Shown here: positions 13,200 through 26,301 of the stretch, one piece after another
Position numbering within the stretch: position 1 is the first letter of the stretch
Layout of the letters: every line of letters begins with the position of its first letter
Assembly: GCA_964016885.1 (NCBI GenBank)
Contig: OZ024754.1
Span: 10,602,001-10,666,000 of the forward strand
Length of the DNA: 64,000 nt
Source: Eledone cirrhosa
Lineage: Eukaryota
Direction of reading: 5' to 3'
Program-made: the position numbers and the translations under genes
Notes under the pieces: model-generated
Database searches by the model: none
Told to the model about the DNA's origin: nothing
What the model saw: the letters and a program-made list of their open reading frames with translations, nothing else

Positions 13200-13640
13200 A
13201 CCTGGTATTATATTTGGATATATTTCCTATCACCTATTAAAACTTTGATCTTTGCCAAGTTTATTTTCAGATCTTTTGATTCTAGTTCTTGTTTCCATGT
13301 TTGGAATTTTTGCCTCTAACTCTTCTAAAGATTCAGCTATAAGGACTCAGTTGTCAGCATCCAGGAGACACCACGAGCTGTCATTCCTTTACGTATTGTT
13401 TTATGGAAACCAAGTAAAAGAAGGCAAATGAAACCATGTGACAGCAACACAATTTCTTCTGCAAAAATTCATCACAGCCATTGCTGTACCTCCAACCACC
13501 ACCCACAGTGAGGAGGGTTCTTCAGTAGAGTCAATGATCAACAACCTCCCTAGAACTGGGACCACAAAAAATGCGCCCAGTACACCTTGTAAGGTGGCTG
13601 GTGATAGGAAGGGCAACCCGTTTATGAAACCCTGCCAAAA
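13200..13640 (-). mobile_element. Old decayed RTE LINE fragment, with an adjoining plus-strand tail-like remnant
   Basis: The minus strand reads WCLLDADN*VLIAESLEELEAK, a degenerate WELLYADDLxLIAES. Confidence 0.55.
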
Positions 13641-14050
13641 AAAGGGGTCAATGGACTCAATGTTTGTTAAGTAATGTTTCAATGATCAGTTTACTAATGA
13701 AAAGTTTAGTTATTTCATTAAATTCCTCAAATTTTGAAAATTAATTGATACACATTGCCAGTGCATCTCATTAGAAATATGGTAACAAAAAGGTTAAATA
13801 ATGTGTATAAACAAGGCAATTCCTATCAGACTTTATTTTTTCTTATATTTATTTCCCTTAGATATTTTAAAAGTTGGTATTTCATTTGTTCAAATAGTCT
13901 CCATTGGTTTAATTCTAACAGATAAAACGGCCTTGCAACTTTCAGGAAATTCTCAAAATGTTCTATCAATACACCCACATATTTAACATAACCTTGTAAA
14001 ACTAATAATACCTTCAGAGCATTAACTAACACTACCGATATCTAATGTAG

Positions 14051-14255
14051 TGAAGACATGTGGCTGAGTGGTTAGAGAATTGGATTCGCAATCGTAAGGT
14101 TGTGAGTTCGATTCCTGGACCAGGTGATGCGTTATGTCCTTGAGCAAGACACTTTATTTCACGTTGCTCCTTCTACCTGGAGTTGCAACCGATAGATAGT
14201 ATTAGCAATTGGAAAGACCAACGGAAACATTGTTCCCTCAGTCCGATTTGACGAA
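14051..14255 (+). mobile_element. CORE-type SINE with tail type 3
   Basis: A-box tggctgagtggtt, B-box gagttcgattcc, core gtccttgagcaagacacttt. Confidence 0.75.
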
Positions 14256-14428
14256 AGTCGATCGTTCCTTTATATCTAATGTCATTTATATTGAAACCTT
14301 AACAGTTCATTCAATATTTCAATAATTATTCCAGGCCTTTCTCTTGCTTTTTATTAAAAAGGTTTCATTGTTTCTTTATCTTGTGTTAAGCTTGTCACTT
14401 TCATTGTCATTACCAGTGTTAGAATTAA

Positions 14429-15044
14429 CCTTTGTGATACCAGCCTGAAACTGCCCTTGGTGCTTTCATAGAAAACTTTATTCTAAAGTGTTTATATTTC
14501 TCTAAAAACCTTCTTCTTCTTCCCACTTATTCCTGAAAGGGTTGGGGAGCAGAGTCCTCAAACACTCCTTCCAATGGATCCTGTCAAAAGCAACCATCTC
14601 CAACTGATCCAGTTGGATTCCCAAGCAAGACCAACTGATCTCATCCAACCATCTTGCGCGGGGTTTACCCTAGAGTCTCCTGCTGGTTGATTTTTGCCTG
14701 TAAAATCTGTCCAGCAAGTTTTTCCTGAGACATTCTAACCACATGCCCTTAATATCAGAACTCTGAACTCTCAATTCAGAAAAGTAGCAACTCTACCTGG
14801 AGTCACTGATCTCCAAGCTACACATTCTATCAAGTAATGTTACTCCAAAAACCTTTCAGAGGAACCCCTTCATAATTTCATGTAGCTACCCTTTATTAGG
14901 TTATGTTTCAAATCCTTCATAATTTCATGTAGCTACCCTTTGTTAGGTTATGTTTCAAATACCAGCTCAAAAATTCTTGATTATTTTCAAAATAACTCCA
15001 AAATAATATGCAGTGGCTTTCACTGGAAATATGGTAAGGAAAGG
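14429..15044. mobile_element. Older TTAA-flanked MITE (family P2) with a nested RTE fragment at 14510-14835
   Basis: TTAA|cctttgtgatacca ... tggtaaggaaagg|TTAA. The right end gaaatatggtaacnaaaggttaa recurs at ~13795, 15300, 21420 and 63875. Confidence 0.55.
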
Positions 15045-15666
15045 TTAAAGTTTGGGAGAGATGTTCTATATTTTCATCATAGTGCACACAAAAAAAAATC
15101 TTTTATACATTAATGTAGTTATCCATTGTTAGATTATAATCCAAATACCAACTTAAAAATCAGAGTGAATTATGCTAACTAAATCTCAACAAAATTCTTG
15201 ACTATTTTCATAAACAAAAATAATACATGGTGTTTATTCCATGATGGAATAAACAGATTAAGAATACATAGTGTCTTTTATTAGAAATATGGTAACGAAA
15301 GGTTAAAGTTTTTTTTTCTTTTGTCTTTTCATCATTGTGTAATTTTTTTTTTTTTTTTAAGACCTTCAAGAAGACAATTAGATTCTAAGTAATGTATTTT
15401 ATGAGTCCCCATAGTCCAATAATGAGAAATAAAATAAGTAGTAATTAGAGAAATAATGATCTGTCTAAGCTAGTAAACACAACATCAATTTAATTAGATT
15501 AAAACTGAGAAAGAAAATAAACAAACAAACAAACAAACAAACAAAACTGAAATCTACTATAATATTCTAAGAATACCTTTCCAAGTAGTTAAACTTCATG
15601 AATGTAAAATGGAGAATTACATTGGATAAACAACAGACAATGAATTTTTCCACTTGAGGTTCTTAC

Positions 15667-15711
15667 CTTTTTGAGAACATTAATTTCTAATTTAATTTCA
15701 TCTTCTTCATC
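15667..15711 (-). CDS. MAP4K4: misshapen/MAP4K4-family kinase exon (DEEDEIKLEINVLKK; alphaC helix)
   Basis: 45-nt exon, ctatttcag| ... |gtaaga, phase 0/0. It continues the previous exon in frame and matches DEEEEIKxEINxLKK. Confidence 0.93.
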
Positions 15712-15756
15712 CTGAAATAGAAAGAAAATAGAAGTTATTTTGAGAAGATGCACAAG

Positions 15757-15813
<57 letters not shown>

Positions 15814-16155
15814 ACATACATACAAACATACACACACACATATATACATATACAGATATATAGATATATATATATATATATGATTTAATTGGAAATTGGT
15901 TTGTGGCAGCTTGTACAAATGTGAAATAATCTAAAGTAGTTTAATTATTATGGGGAAAAACTAAAGTGCCAGCCATAAATCTATATAGTTGTTGAAGTAT
16001 ATTTTAAATTAGTGATACAGAACAAAGATTTCACACCTTAACGGTGTTTTTTATTTTAATCACTAAAACTAACATCATTGGATTGAAAGTATTGATAGAG
16101 CATCGGATAACCAGCTTTGCGGCATAGAGTTACATCCCTTTACATTCTCAATTAA

Positions 16156-16374
16156 CCCTTTAGCATTTAAACCAGCCATATCCAGCCAGAATTCTCTCAC
16201 CTCTTTCTGTTCAAACCAGCTGTAACTGGCCACTCATACTGATATTAAGGTATTGTTCTTAAAATAAATAATATTAAAATCTCATAGATTCGATATTATA
16301 AGATAATTATGTGAGGTAAAGACTTTACCTTGAAAATATAAAAGTAAATATAGAATAATGTTAATGGTAAAGGG
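16156..16374. mobile_element. P1 MITE inserted in an old SINE A
   Basis: TTAA on both sides. SINE head sequence lies immediately upstream (16079-16151). Confidence 0.85.
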
Positions 16375-16522
16375 TTAAATCAGCAGTTCTAGATAATGTC
16401 CAAGAAGCTAAGTGTTGTTTGTCAATTAAGCAGCATGGCACAGCTATTATTTACCACTAAAGGTTGACCAATCAAATTGTAAACACGGATTGGAAATTTT
16501 AAATTTATCAGACATTATCATC

Positions 16523-17791
16523 ATCGGTAGAGGGTTGGACGCCATGCTTTGCAGCATAGAGTTACGACCACTTACGTTCTGAGTTCAAATCCCGCCGAGG
16601 TTAACTTTGCCTTTCATCTTTACAGGGTCGATAAAATAAAGTACCAGTAATGCACTGGGGTAATTGCTGGCCTTGTGCCAAAAGTAGAGACAATTATTAT
16701 TATGAGGTAGGTGGGTGGATCAGCAGAAAACATGCTTTGCTGCATAGAGTTACGTCCCTTTACATTCTCAGTTCAAATCCCACCGAGGTAAACTTTAGCT
16801 TTTATCTTTACAGGGTCAATAAAATAAAGTACCAGTAATGCACAGCAGTTGACTTAATCGACTTTCCCTTCCCCAAAAATTGTTGGCCTTATGCCTAAAT
16901 CAGAAAGCATTATATCAACAGCATAGACTTGAGTTATGCAGAAAGGAAATCTGCGTGCATCAGTCACACCTTTCTCAACAGCAATGAAGCTAAAATAAAA
17001 TGAAGCTCATCAAACATTTTAGTTTTTAGTTTATTTCCCTTGAACAAATATATTAACTTCTAACTATCATAATTGTTTCTACTTTTGGCACAAGGCCAGC
17101 AATTACACCAGTGCATTACTGGTACTTTATTTTATCGACCCCCGTAAGGATGAAAGGCAAAGTTAACCTCGGCAGGATTTGAACTCAGAATGGCAAGAGC
17201 CGTAACTCTATGCGTCAAAGCATGGCGTCCGACCCTCTACCGATACTGCCAATCCACCACCCTTCTAACTATCATAATGATTTCTAATTTTGGCACAACG
17301 CCAGCAATTTGGAGGCATAAAGTCAATTACAGTTAAAACTCCGTTATAACGAATTGTCTTTTCAATCCCATAGGTAACTCTGCCTCGATTTGTTTCAGTC
17401 AATCTCTTTATAAAGAATTTGTTACAACAAATTTTTTATTTATACCACATGAATTTCATTATAACAGAATTTCACTGTGTATAGACTCCAGTACCTTACT
17501 TGTATTTTATTTTATTGATGTCCTGGAAGGAGGAAAGGCAATGTTGGTTTCAGTGGGATTTGAACTCAAAAACGTAGAGAGTTGTAACAAATAAAACAAA
17601 CCATTATGTCTATGATTGGCAGTATCGGTAGAGGGTCGGACGCCATGCTTTCCAGCATAGTTACGTCCCTTTACGATCTGAGTTCAAATCCCGCCGAGGT
17701 TGACTTTGCCTTTCATCCTTACGGGGTCGATAAAATAAAGTACCAGTAATGCACTGGATAATTGCTGGCCTTGTGCCTAAAGTAGAAACAA
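16523..17791. mobile_element. Cluster of SINE A copies: 16523-16692(+), 16712-16905(+), 17072-17262(-), 17280-17600(-, interrupted), 17613-17791(+)
   Basis: Each matches the family A consensus in the stated orientation. Confidence 0.82.
17330..17477. mobile_element. Tc1/mariner-pogo (Tigger-like) MITE nested in a SINE
   Basis: TA|cagttaaaactccgttataacgaa ... ttcattataacagaatttcactg|TG (right TA mutated). The SINE sequence resumes on both sides. Confidence 0.6.
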
Positions 17792-18655
17792 TTATGTCTA
17801 ACAATTCAGCCAAAACTGTGATAATGATTTCTAGTATAGGCAGAAGGCCAGTAATTTGGGGGAGGGCAAAGTCGATTAAATCGATCCCCAGTACGTTACT
17901 GGAGCTTTATTTTATCAGAACTCAGACTGTAAAGGACTGTAAAGCAAAAACTATGATAATGATAAACTAACAAACAAAAATAGAAGAAAAATGGGGGAGA
18001 AATAAGGAAAGAGCAAACACTACACCCTTGGCTGGCCAGTTATGTTTATATGTATTAAAATATTTACTTCCTTGGAGAAATGCCACAATAAGATATCTGT
18101 CTTTATTAGATAGATATCTTTAGCTGTTTAATTAGATGTCTTAACAAAACAGTATCAAATTCATAAATAATAGTGTTAAGATTGTCAACACCCTTGAAGT
18201 CACAAGTATCAGATTTCTTGTCAATATGTAAAATGGTGTTACTGAGTCAAACTATACAACACTACAGTTCTTATTTCAGCCAGATTAGGAACAGGATTGG
18301 TTACACCTAGTGTGTTTTCATAAACACAAATTAACATAACTTTGCTATATATAATTTCTGGAAAACACACATACTACAATATATTTACTGTTCTTACAAA
18401 ATGATACCCAAAGAATGTTATATTTTCCTTCATTAAGTATTAATACGTGCTCCCATACATACACAGTTTGATCAGATGATCATTATAATGTGAAATAACA
18501 ATTATAATATGAAATGGCAGAACAACTCAATATTTATAACAGAGTATTGCATAAAGAGATTTATTCAGATTTTCACAACAGGGTTTTGGTAGGGAAAAAT
18601 GACCTTAATATACAAGTTGGCTTCAGTAAAATGGTCCAATGTTGTTGTTGCAGTT

Positions 18656-18697
<42 letters not shown>

Positions 18698-18981
18698 ATA
18701 GTAGTAGTAACAGCAGCAGTAGTATTTCACATGCTAAATATGGCCAGTGGACAACATCAATCAACCCAGATTTCCCCTCACACCCCCTTTCAGGATGTTC
18801 AAAGCCCCAAAAAAGCAAGCAAGGCTGAGGACTTACACATCTCAGAATCTGGAAGGAGGACATCCAGTTGTAAAATAGGGACCCTGATGGGACCCTAGGG
18901 TGAGTATGAAGCCTATCAAGGAGCCTGCCATGGTGAGCCCTGTTTTAGCAGGAAATATGGCCATAAAACGGGGGGGGGGGT

Positions 18982-19490
18982 CAGTGTGCGTGTGTCAGTG
19001 TGCGTGTGTCAGTGCGCGTGTGTCAGTGCGCGTGTGTCAGTGCGCGCGTGTCAGTGCGCGCGTGTCGGTGCGCCTGTGTCGGTGCGCCTGTGTCGGTGCG
19101 CCTGTGTCGGTGCGCCTGTGTCGGTGTGCCTGTGTCGGTGTGCGTGTGTCGGTGTGCGTGTGTCGGTGTGCGTGTGTCGGTGTGCGTGTGTCGGTGTGCG
19201 TGTGTCGGTGTGCGTGTGTCGGTGTGCGTGTGTCGGTGTGCGTGTGTCGGTGCGCGTGTGTCAGTGCGCGTGTGTCAGTGCGCGTGTGTCAGTGCGCGTG
19301 TGTCAGTGCGCGTGTGTCAGTGTGCGTGTGTCAGTGTGCGTGTGTCAGTGTGCGTGTGTCAGTGCGCGTGTGTCAGTGCGCGTGTGTCAGTGCGCGTGTG
19401 TCAGTGCGCGTGTGTCAGTGTGCGTGTGTCAGTGTGTGTGTGTCAGTGCGCGTGTGTCAGTGCGTGTGTCAGTGTGTGTGTCAGTGTGTC
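18982..19490. repeat. 14-bp CpG-rich minisatellite (gtgygcgtgtgtcr)n, ~36 copies
   Basis: Direct tandem repeats arranged in blocks of variant units. Confidence 0.92.
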
Positions 19491-19619
19491 TGTGCACGCG
19501 CAAGAGAGAGAGAAGAAATAATTTCATAATGACATCAAAAAAAATGCCATCCTTCATGATTTGCATATGTCACTTTATGGTATATTATTGTATGGTCCCC
19601 CATACAATAATATACGGGA

Positions 19620-19805
19620 GGGCGGTGGATTGGCAGTATCGGTAGAGGGTCGGACGCCATGCTTTCCAGCATAGTTACGTCCGTTTATGATCTGAGTTCA
19701 AATCCCGCCGAAGTTGACTTTGCCTTTCATCCTTACGGGGTCGATAAAATAAAGTACCAGTAATGCACTGGGTAATTGCTGGCCTTGTGCCTAAAGTAGA
19801 AACAA
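19620..19805 (+). mobile_element. SINE family A copy
   Basis: Near-identical to 17613-17791. Confidence 0.88.
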
Positions 19806-20689
19806 TTATTGTATGGTCCCCCATTATTTCTGATGGAGTCATAAGGGATGTCGCAGTGACATTTGGTGTTTCTAGGGCATTTTAAACCTGATAGAGCTTA
19901 TCTCCTCTCCAGGTCTGAGTACAACAGATTTCTGCCACCAGAGTAGTAGAGAGGGGGAGGGGGGGGTGAGAAAGAATCAACCCCAGTATTAGACTGATGT
20001 TTTTTTTTTATCAACCACAAAAGGATAAAAGGCAAAGCTGACCTCAGCGAGATTTGAACTGAGAGAGCAAGGAGCCAAAATGAATACCACAAAGCACTCT
20101 ATCTGTTGCTCTAACAACTGCCATTTTGCTGCCTTATATGTCACTTTAGGAAAAATCAAAAGTTCAAGTTCAAGTGTAGCAGCAGCACAATTGAGTATCT
20201 AAACTTTCTTGCTGGCTAAATATAACTTCTAGACCTGTTTCTTAAAACCCTAGCCCACAATGATATAGTTGACCTCATTCTATTAGACAACAGCCTATTT
20301 GTTTTCTGACACCAGTCAGTACTAAAAAAGTAGTTCTTTACTTTCTTTTAAACATATTACAGACTATCATTTTTTTTTTTCCAATTTTTTTATCCAGCTA
20401 AATGTTCGGTTTAATGAACAAAAAATTCAAGCTGATATTTAAAAAAAAGAAAACCAGTATAAACATATAAACAGTTCTTTAAATTGTACCCTAAACTGGA
20501 TTTAATAAACAACATAGAATTTATGTGAAGATTTAGCAATTTTGAAACTAATCTGCCAGAAACTGTCTATCTTGTTTTAACACATTCGTGGTCATATTTT
20601 TATGAAGCATATTTCATGAGAATTTGAAGACATTTAATGAAATAATGTTTTTGCATTTAAAAGATAACTTAGCAAAATGATCTTTACAT

Positions 20690-20876
20690 AATTGTTTTTA
20701 CTTTTGGCACAAGGCCAGCAATTACCCAGTGCATTACTGGTACTTTATTTTATCGACCCCATAAGGATGAAAGGCAAAGTTAATCTAGGCGGGATTTGAA
20801 CTCAGAATGGCAAGGGCCGTAACTCTATGCATCAAAGCATGGCATCCAACCCTCTACCGATACTGCCAATTCACTG
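20690..20876 (-). mobile_element. SINE family A copy
   Basis: Reverse complement of the consensus. Confidence 0.85.
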
Positions 20877-22469
20877 CGATCTTTACATAATATCATTATA
20901 TGAGGTTTTAATTAAAATATAAACATTTAAAAATGAGACCTATCCTCATACAGGTTGGTATCAAAAAGTTAAAGTGTCCATATTTAAATTAAAACTCTTC
21001 ATCATAATTATATCAATAAGAACTTGAAATGTATGTTAAATTTTGTTTGACTAATTTTCATTGTCAAAAACCTGTCTTGAAACAGTTAACATTTACATTA
21101 CTGCATATTTACTATTGTATTTTCACAGTAAAGGCTTTACCTTACATAATTATCTCACATAATATCAAATCTATGAGATTTTGATATTTATTTTGAGAAC
21201 AATACTTTAACATCAGTATGAGTGACCAGTTACAACCAGTTTGAACAGAAAGAGGTCAGCTAATTCTGGCTTAAGCTAACGTACATTCAACAAACCTTAA
21301 AAAAGATTGGCTATCAATGAGAATATTTTATTATTTCATATTCCAAATAACAAATATGAAAATCTATTCAAATTCTTCCTTTTTAAAAATGTCGCTGTGT
21401 TTTATTAGAAATATGGTCATGAAAGGGTTTAAATTTTGTCCAGTTGGATACACACATAAAATAGATTATATGCATGAATTTCAAAGAAAATATAATATAT
21501 ATTAAAGTCCACACACACACAGACACACGTGCACACACACACACAACTGTGTTGAAAGTAGTAAATAACTATGGAATTAAAATAAGAGCAATCAATAAAT
21601 GTCTGCAACATTTTAAAGTTCTAAGTATTAAATCATTTTATAAATAATGTCATTTTTTTTTAATGATAAAATTTTGATATGTTTGTTCCAGTTTAAAATT
21701 TAATTTTGTAAAAGTTTGTATGACAGGACATTTATCATGTCGCAACTACATATATTTTTTATTTTTTTAATTGACACTGATCAAAACAGAAATGTCTTTA
21801 TCACAGCATCAGCCCGGTAACACCAGATCACACCACAAGTATATAGTAGAGCAGAAGTTGTACGAAATATTAAAGCCATTTATGAAAAGCTTTTAAATCA
21901 ACGATACTGTATCATTAACAGCAACAGAAAATATATTAAATTTATTGTGAGCATGTCTTGGTTTTTTTGTTTTTTATATAAATCTTGATATAAAAATAAT
22001 ATTTACGAGATGATTTGATAAGAATCTATAATTATAATTTAAAAAGTAAAATACATATTTCAAAATCTTTAGTAATAAATCATACATCTTATTCAAATGT
22101 CTGCAAAGACAAGATTAGTAGATTGAGATTTTTAAACATGAAGGAATATAAGATAAAATAAAAACTTGTAAGAGAAAATAATAATATATGTCTATCTCCA
22201 TTAAGTTCTGAGTTCAAACTCTGACGAGGTTAGCTTTGCGTTTCATCTTTACTAGGTCGATAAAATAAAATACCAGTAACATACTGGAGTTGATTTAATC
22301 GACTTTCCCCTCCCAAATTGTTGAGTTTGTACCTAAATCAGAAACCAAACCATATATATGATTTTTAATGCAATGAAATATCTATGATCGTCGGCAAATC
22401 ACTGATGAGGGACTCATTTTATTACATATTATCCATGTGCAACCTGCAGTATTCTTCTCCCCATTTTTT

Positions 22470-22511
<42 letters not shown>

Positions 22512-23120
22512 AACATGAATGGACCTGTTATTTTTATCTAAAGACATTTTTTTTCCAATTCCAACCCGCCCGTCCCCTCATCTTTCTGATGAAGGACTAG
22601 AATCCGAAACTTAAGACCCTCTTCCTGCTATATCAGGCATTAACCTAATATATCCCTTCCATATACTGTGCTAATTGTGTTGTTATTTCTGTTTACCTTT
22701 TACATATACATATATATATAGTATATATATAAATATATATATATATGAGTTTTTTCTAATATTAATAATCATATTCGATTCGTTTGCAATTATGCAAACA
22801 GCCTCTTTTTTAAGCCATGTGAGTAGAATGACCCTGTTATTCTTGCTCTTGTGTTGGCATATAAACAGAACAGCAGTCAATGTTTCTGGGTGATTACCCT
22901 TCATCAGTACCATATAATGATTACCTGCCAACTGTCAGAGCTAGTGAAAATATATGACATTTTCTAAAATATACATTGACTGATTGGCCCGATCTGCATA
23001 TTAGCAGACTGCCTGATCAGTCAGTTCTGCACATTAGGAGATAGGCCTGACAGTTTTATGTATACGAGCAATTAATTAATGGCCGGCTTTGTTAATATAT
23101 ATATATATATATATATATAT

Positions 23121-25290
23121 ACTTCCTTAATTATGATGGTGTACTTGCCATCACTGACGCTGATAAGAAGGTAGCTTGAAAGTGTCACTACGAAAGTGTC
23201 ACTACTAAATGAGGAGAATAAATGGGAGAAAGACAGTCTCCCCCCACATCGATCCAATAGAGGGACCAGCAGTGTTAGTCGAAGGTAGTATAATAAGTAA
23301 GGCAATCAAAGATATGAAGACGGGTAAGGCGGCTGGGCCTTCGGAAATAGTTGCTGAAATGCTCAAAGCTTCTGGAACGGTGGGACACACCATGGTCACC
23401 CGGATAGTAAACCAAGTCATACAGAATGGGGTTGTTCCGAAGGACTGGCGTAGCAGCATCATCATTGACTGCTACAAGGGTAAAGGAGATGCCCTAGATA
23501 GGAGTAACTATAGAGGCATTAAATTAATCGACCAGGTCATGAAGGTCACAGAAAAAGTAATAGCGCAACTAATCAGAGAGAATTGATCTAGATGAAATGC
23601 AGTTCGGGTTTGTGTCAGATAAAAGTACCACAGGCGCTCTTTTCATTGTACGACAACTACAGGAGAAGTACCTAGCTAAAAGTAAACCCCTATACTTAGC
23701 TTTTTTTGACTTGGAGAAAGCCTTCGACAGAGTCCCCCGTTCCATTATCTGGTGGGCTCTTAGAAAACTAGGTGTTGATGAATGGCTTGTGAGAGCTATA
23801 CAAGCCATGTATAAAGAAACAGTCAGCAAGGTTAGAATTAACAACGAATATAGTGAAGAGTTTAGCGTAAAAGTTGGTGTTCATCAGGGCTCCGTTCTTA
23901 GCCCCCTACTATTTATTATTGCCCTTCAGGCTATAACAGTGGAGTTCAAGACCGGTTGCCCATGGGAACTCCTATACGCAGATGATCTAACGCTCATAGC
24001 TGAATCAATGGCCGAACTAGAGAAGAAATTCCAAACATGGAAGGATGGTCCTAGAATCAAAAGGCCTTAAAATTAACCTGTCTAAGACTAAAGTTCTAGT
24101 TTGTAGGAAGGAAAATAGGGCACCGGTCCCATCCGGGAAATGGCCATGCTTAGTGTGTAGGAAAGGAGTAGGTAGAAACTCCATTTTATGTCCCAAATGC
24201 AAAGTATGGGTGCATAAAAGATGTAGTGGGATCACAGGTAAGCTAACTAAGAACATAGATTTTATATGTGGCCAGTGCTCTGGTGTAATAAGTAGCAGCA
24301 AGTGCCCACAGAATACTAGCTCATTCCATTGCACAGATGGTTCTATAGAAATAGTGGACACCTTCCGTTACTTGGGTGACAAAATTAGCAGTGGTGGAGG
24401 GTGCTCTGAAAGTACAGTAGCTAGAGTCAGAACTGGATGGAAAAAGTTCAGAGAGCTTATACCACTATTAGCCGCTAAAGGGTTCTCTAAAAATGAAAGG
24501 CAGGCTGTATGATGCCTGCATACGAACAGCAATGTTACATGGCAGTGAGACCTGGGCATTGTGTGCAGAGGATATACGCAGACTGGAGAGGAACAAAGCT
24601 TGCATGCTCCGCTGGATGTGTAACAGTAATATACGTGAACGGCAAAGCATAAACGAACTAAGGGTAAAATTAGAAATAAGAGGGATCAGATGCTGTTTAC
24701 TCGAGAGAAGACTACGTTGGTATGGTCACGTGATGCGCATGAAAGACGACAGCTGTATAAAAAAGTGCAGGGCAATAAAAATAGACGGTAGCCACGGAGT
24801 AGGCAGACCCAGAAAAACCTGGAACTACTTGATAAATTCCGACCTGGACCGAGATCTTTGGCACTACACAGTAATACAGAAGACCCGCCTTACCTAAGTA
24901 CAAAGTGAAACCTACTACAATCAGTAGGCACCTCTAACAAAAATACACCCCGGCCCCACTACCACCACCCCATCCACACCACCCCTTTCAATGTAAAGTT
25001 ATGTTGGTACCACAACATTCAGTCCGAAACAAATGAGGTCGTGTAGGTGTAAGACAAAAAAACACAGTCCACGCTGTAATGTGGTCGTGTAGGTAACACA
25101 GTAAAAACCTCCCAGTCCACACTGTAAACGTGGTTGGTGTTAGGAAGGGCATCCAGCCATAGAAAACCCGCCAGACAGTCCTATGCGAACAAGACAACCA
25201 CTCTTGCCTCAAGTGGGAAAACTCCCGTCCAAACCCATGCAAGCGTGGAAGATGGACGTTAAACGATGATGATGATGATGATGATGATGA
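23121..25290 (+). mobile_element. 5'-truncated RTE-type LINE, frameshifted RT pseudogene with PHD-finger insert, 3' UTR and (GAT)n tail
   Basis: RT motifs GKAAGPSEI..EMLK, YKGKGD..DRSNYRGIKL, QFGF, FFDLEKAFDRVP, GVHQGSVLSPLLF, YADDL, FRYLG, LHGSETW and RLRWYGHV are spread over four offset ORFs. No endonuclease domain is in view. Confidence 0.95.
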
Positions 25291-25439
25291 TATAGGCCAT
25301 TGGCTTTGGTGAAAATTGAGTGCCAATCAACCAAAATACACTCACATAACTACATATTATTCTGCTTTGAGAGATTTCCGAAGAAAATACTCAAAATTAT
25401 TTGAAGCTTGACATACAATTCCGTGCTCTAATGAATGAA

Positions 25440-25695
25440 TCTTATCATAACACCAGCACTGCCACTTTACAGAGTGGGCTAGGTGCATTTTATCATAACA
25501 CCAGCACTACCACTTTACAGAGTGGGCTAGGTGCATTTTATCATAACACCAGCACTACCACTTTACAGAGTGGGCTGGGTGCATTTTATCATAACACCAG
25601 CACTGCCACTTTACAGAGTGGGATGGCTGCATTTTATCATAACACCAGCACTGCCACTTTACAGAGTGGGCTAGGTGCGTTTTATTGTAACACTA
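25440..25695 (-). repeat. 48-bp minisatellite (~5 copies) derived from the LINE 3' UTR motif
   Basis: The unit cactttacagagtgggctaggtgcattttatcataacaccagcactrc is the reverse complement of the 55925-56800 unit. Confidence 0.8.
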
Positions 25696-26226
25696 GTATT
25701 TCCACATTCCAGTGTATGCTGAGCACTGAGTGCATTTTATTGTCAGTCTAAATATCTCCATTGGTTTCACTGAACCTCGGTCTGCAGGTGACCGCTAATG
25801 TTTAATACCAATATCTGAGAGGGAAACCATAGAAGGAGTCTTTTAGACTAGTTTCCAGATAAGTTTGTAGTAATTCTAATTCCTTTCTTTCTGCCAGGGA
25901 GAATAAGATCAGGTGGACTCCATTATTGCAGATAAACAACAATACACAAGTCTAGATCAACATGAAGAGTAATTAGGAGGCATTCTGAACTAACAAAGGT
26001 GATCTACTTAATGTGTGTAATGGCAACAGTAATATGATAACAATAGAGAGTAATGGAATCGGTAATAGCATGACAATAGAGATTTATAATGGCTCTAAGA
26101 AGCTCAGAAGGTTCCTCTATAGTTGATGGACAATAGAATACTTCACTCTATCTATACGAGAATAATTCCATGGATCACATATTAAATGTTATGGTAAATA
26201 GCAGAGAAATAGGAGTCAGATAACAT

Positions 26227-26229
<3 letters not shown>

Positions 26230-26301
<72 letters not shown>

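Noticed and set aside
14051-14125. tRNA gene (also the heads at 58268 and of SINE A)
   Set aside because: A/B boxes are present but there is no complete cloverleaf, and each continues into a SINE core and tail.
23209-24897. Functional reverse transcriptase gene or domesticated RT system
   Set aside because: At least three frameshifts, an upstream stop, 5' truncation without an endonuclease, and several decayed paralogues mark it as a dead LINE copy.
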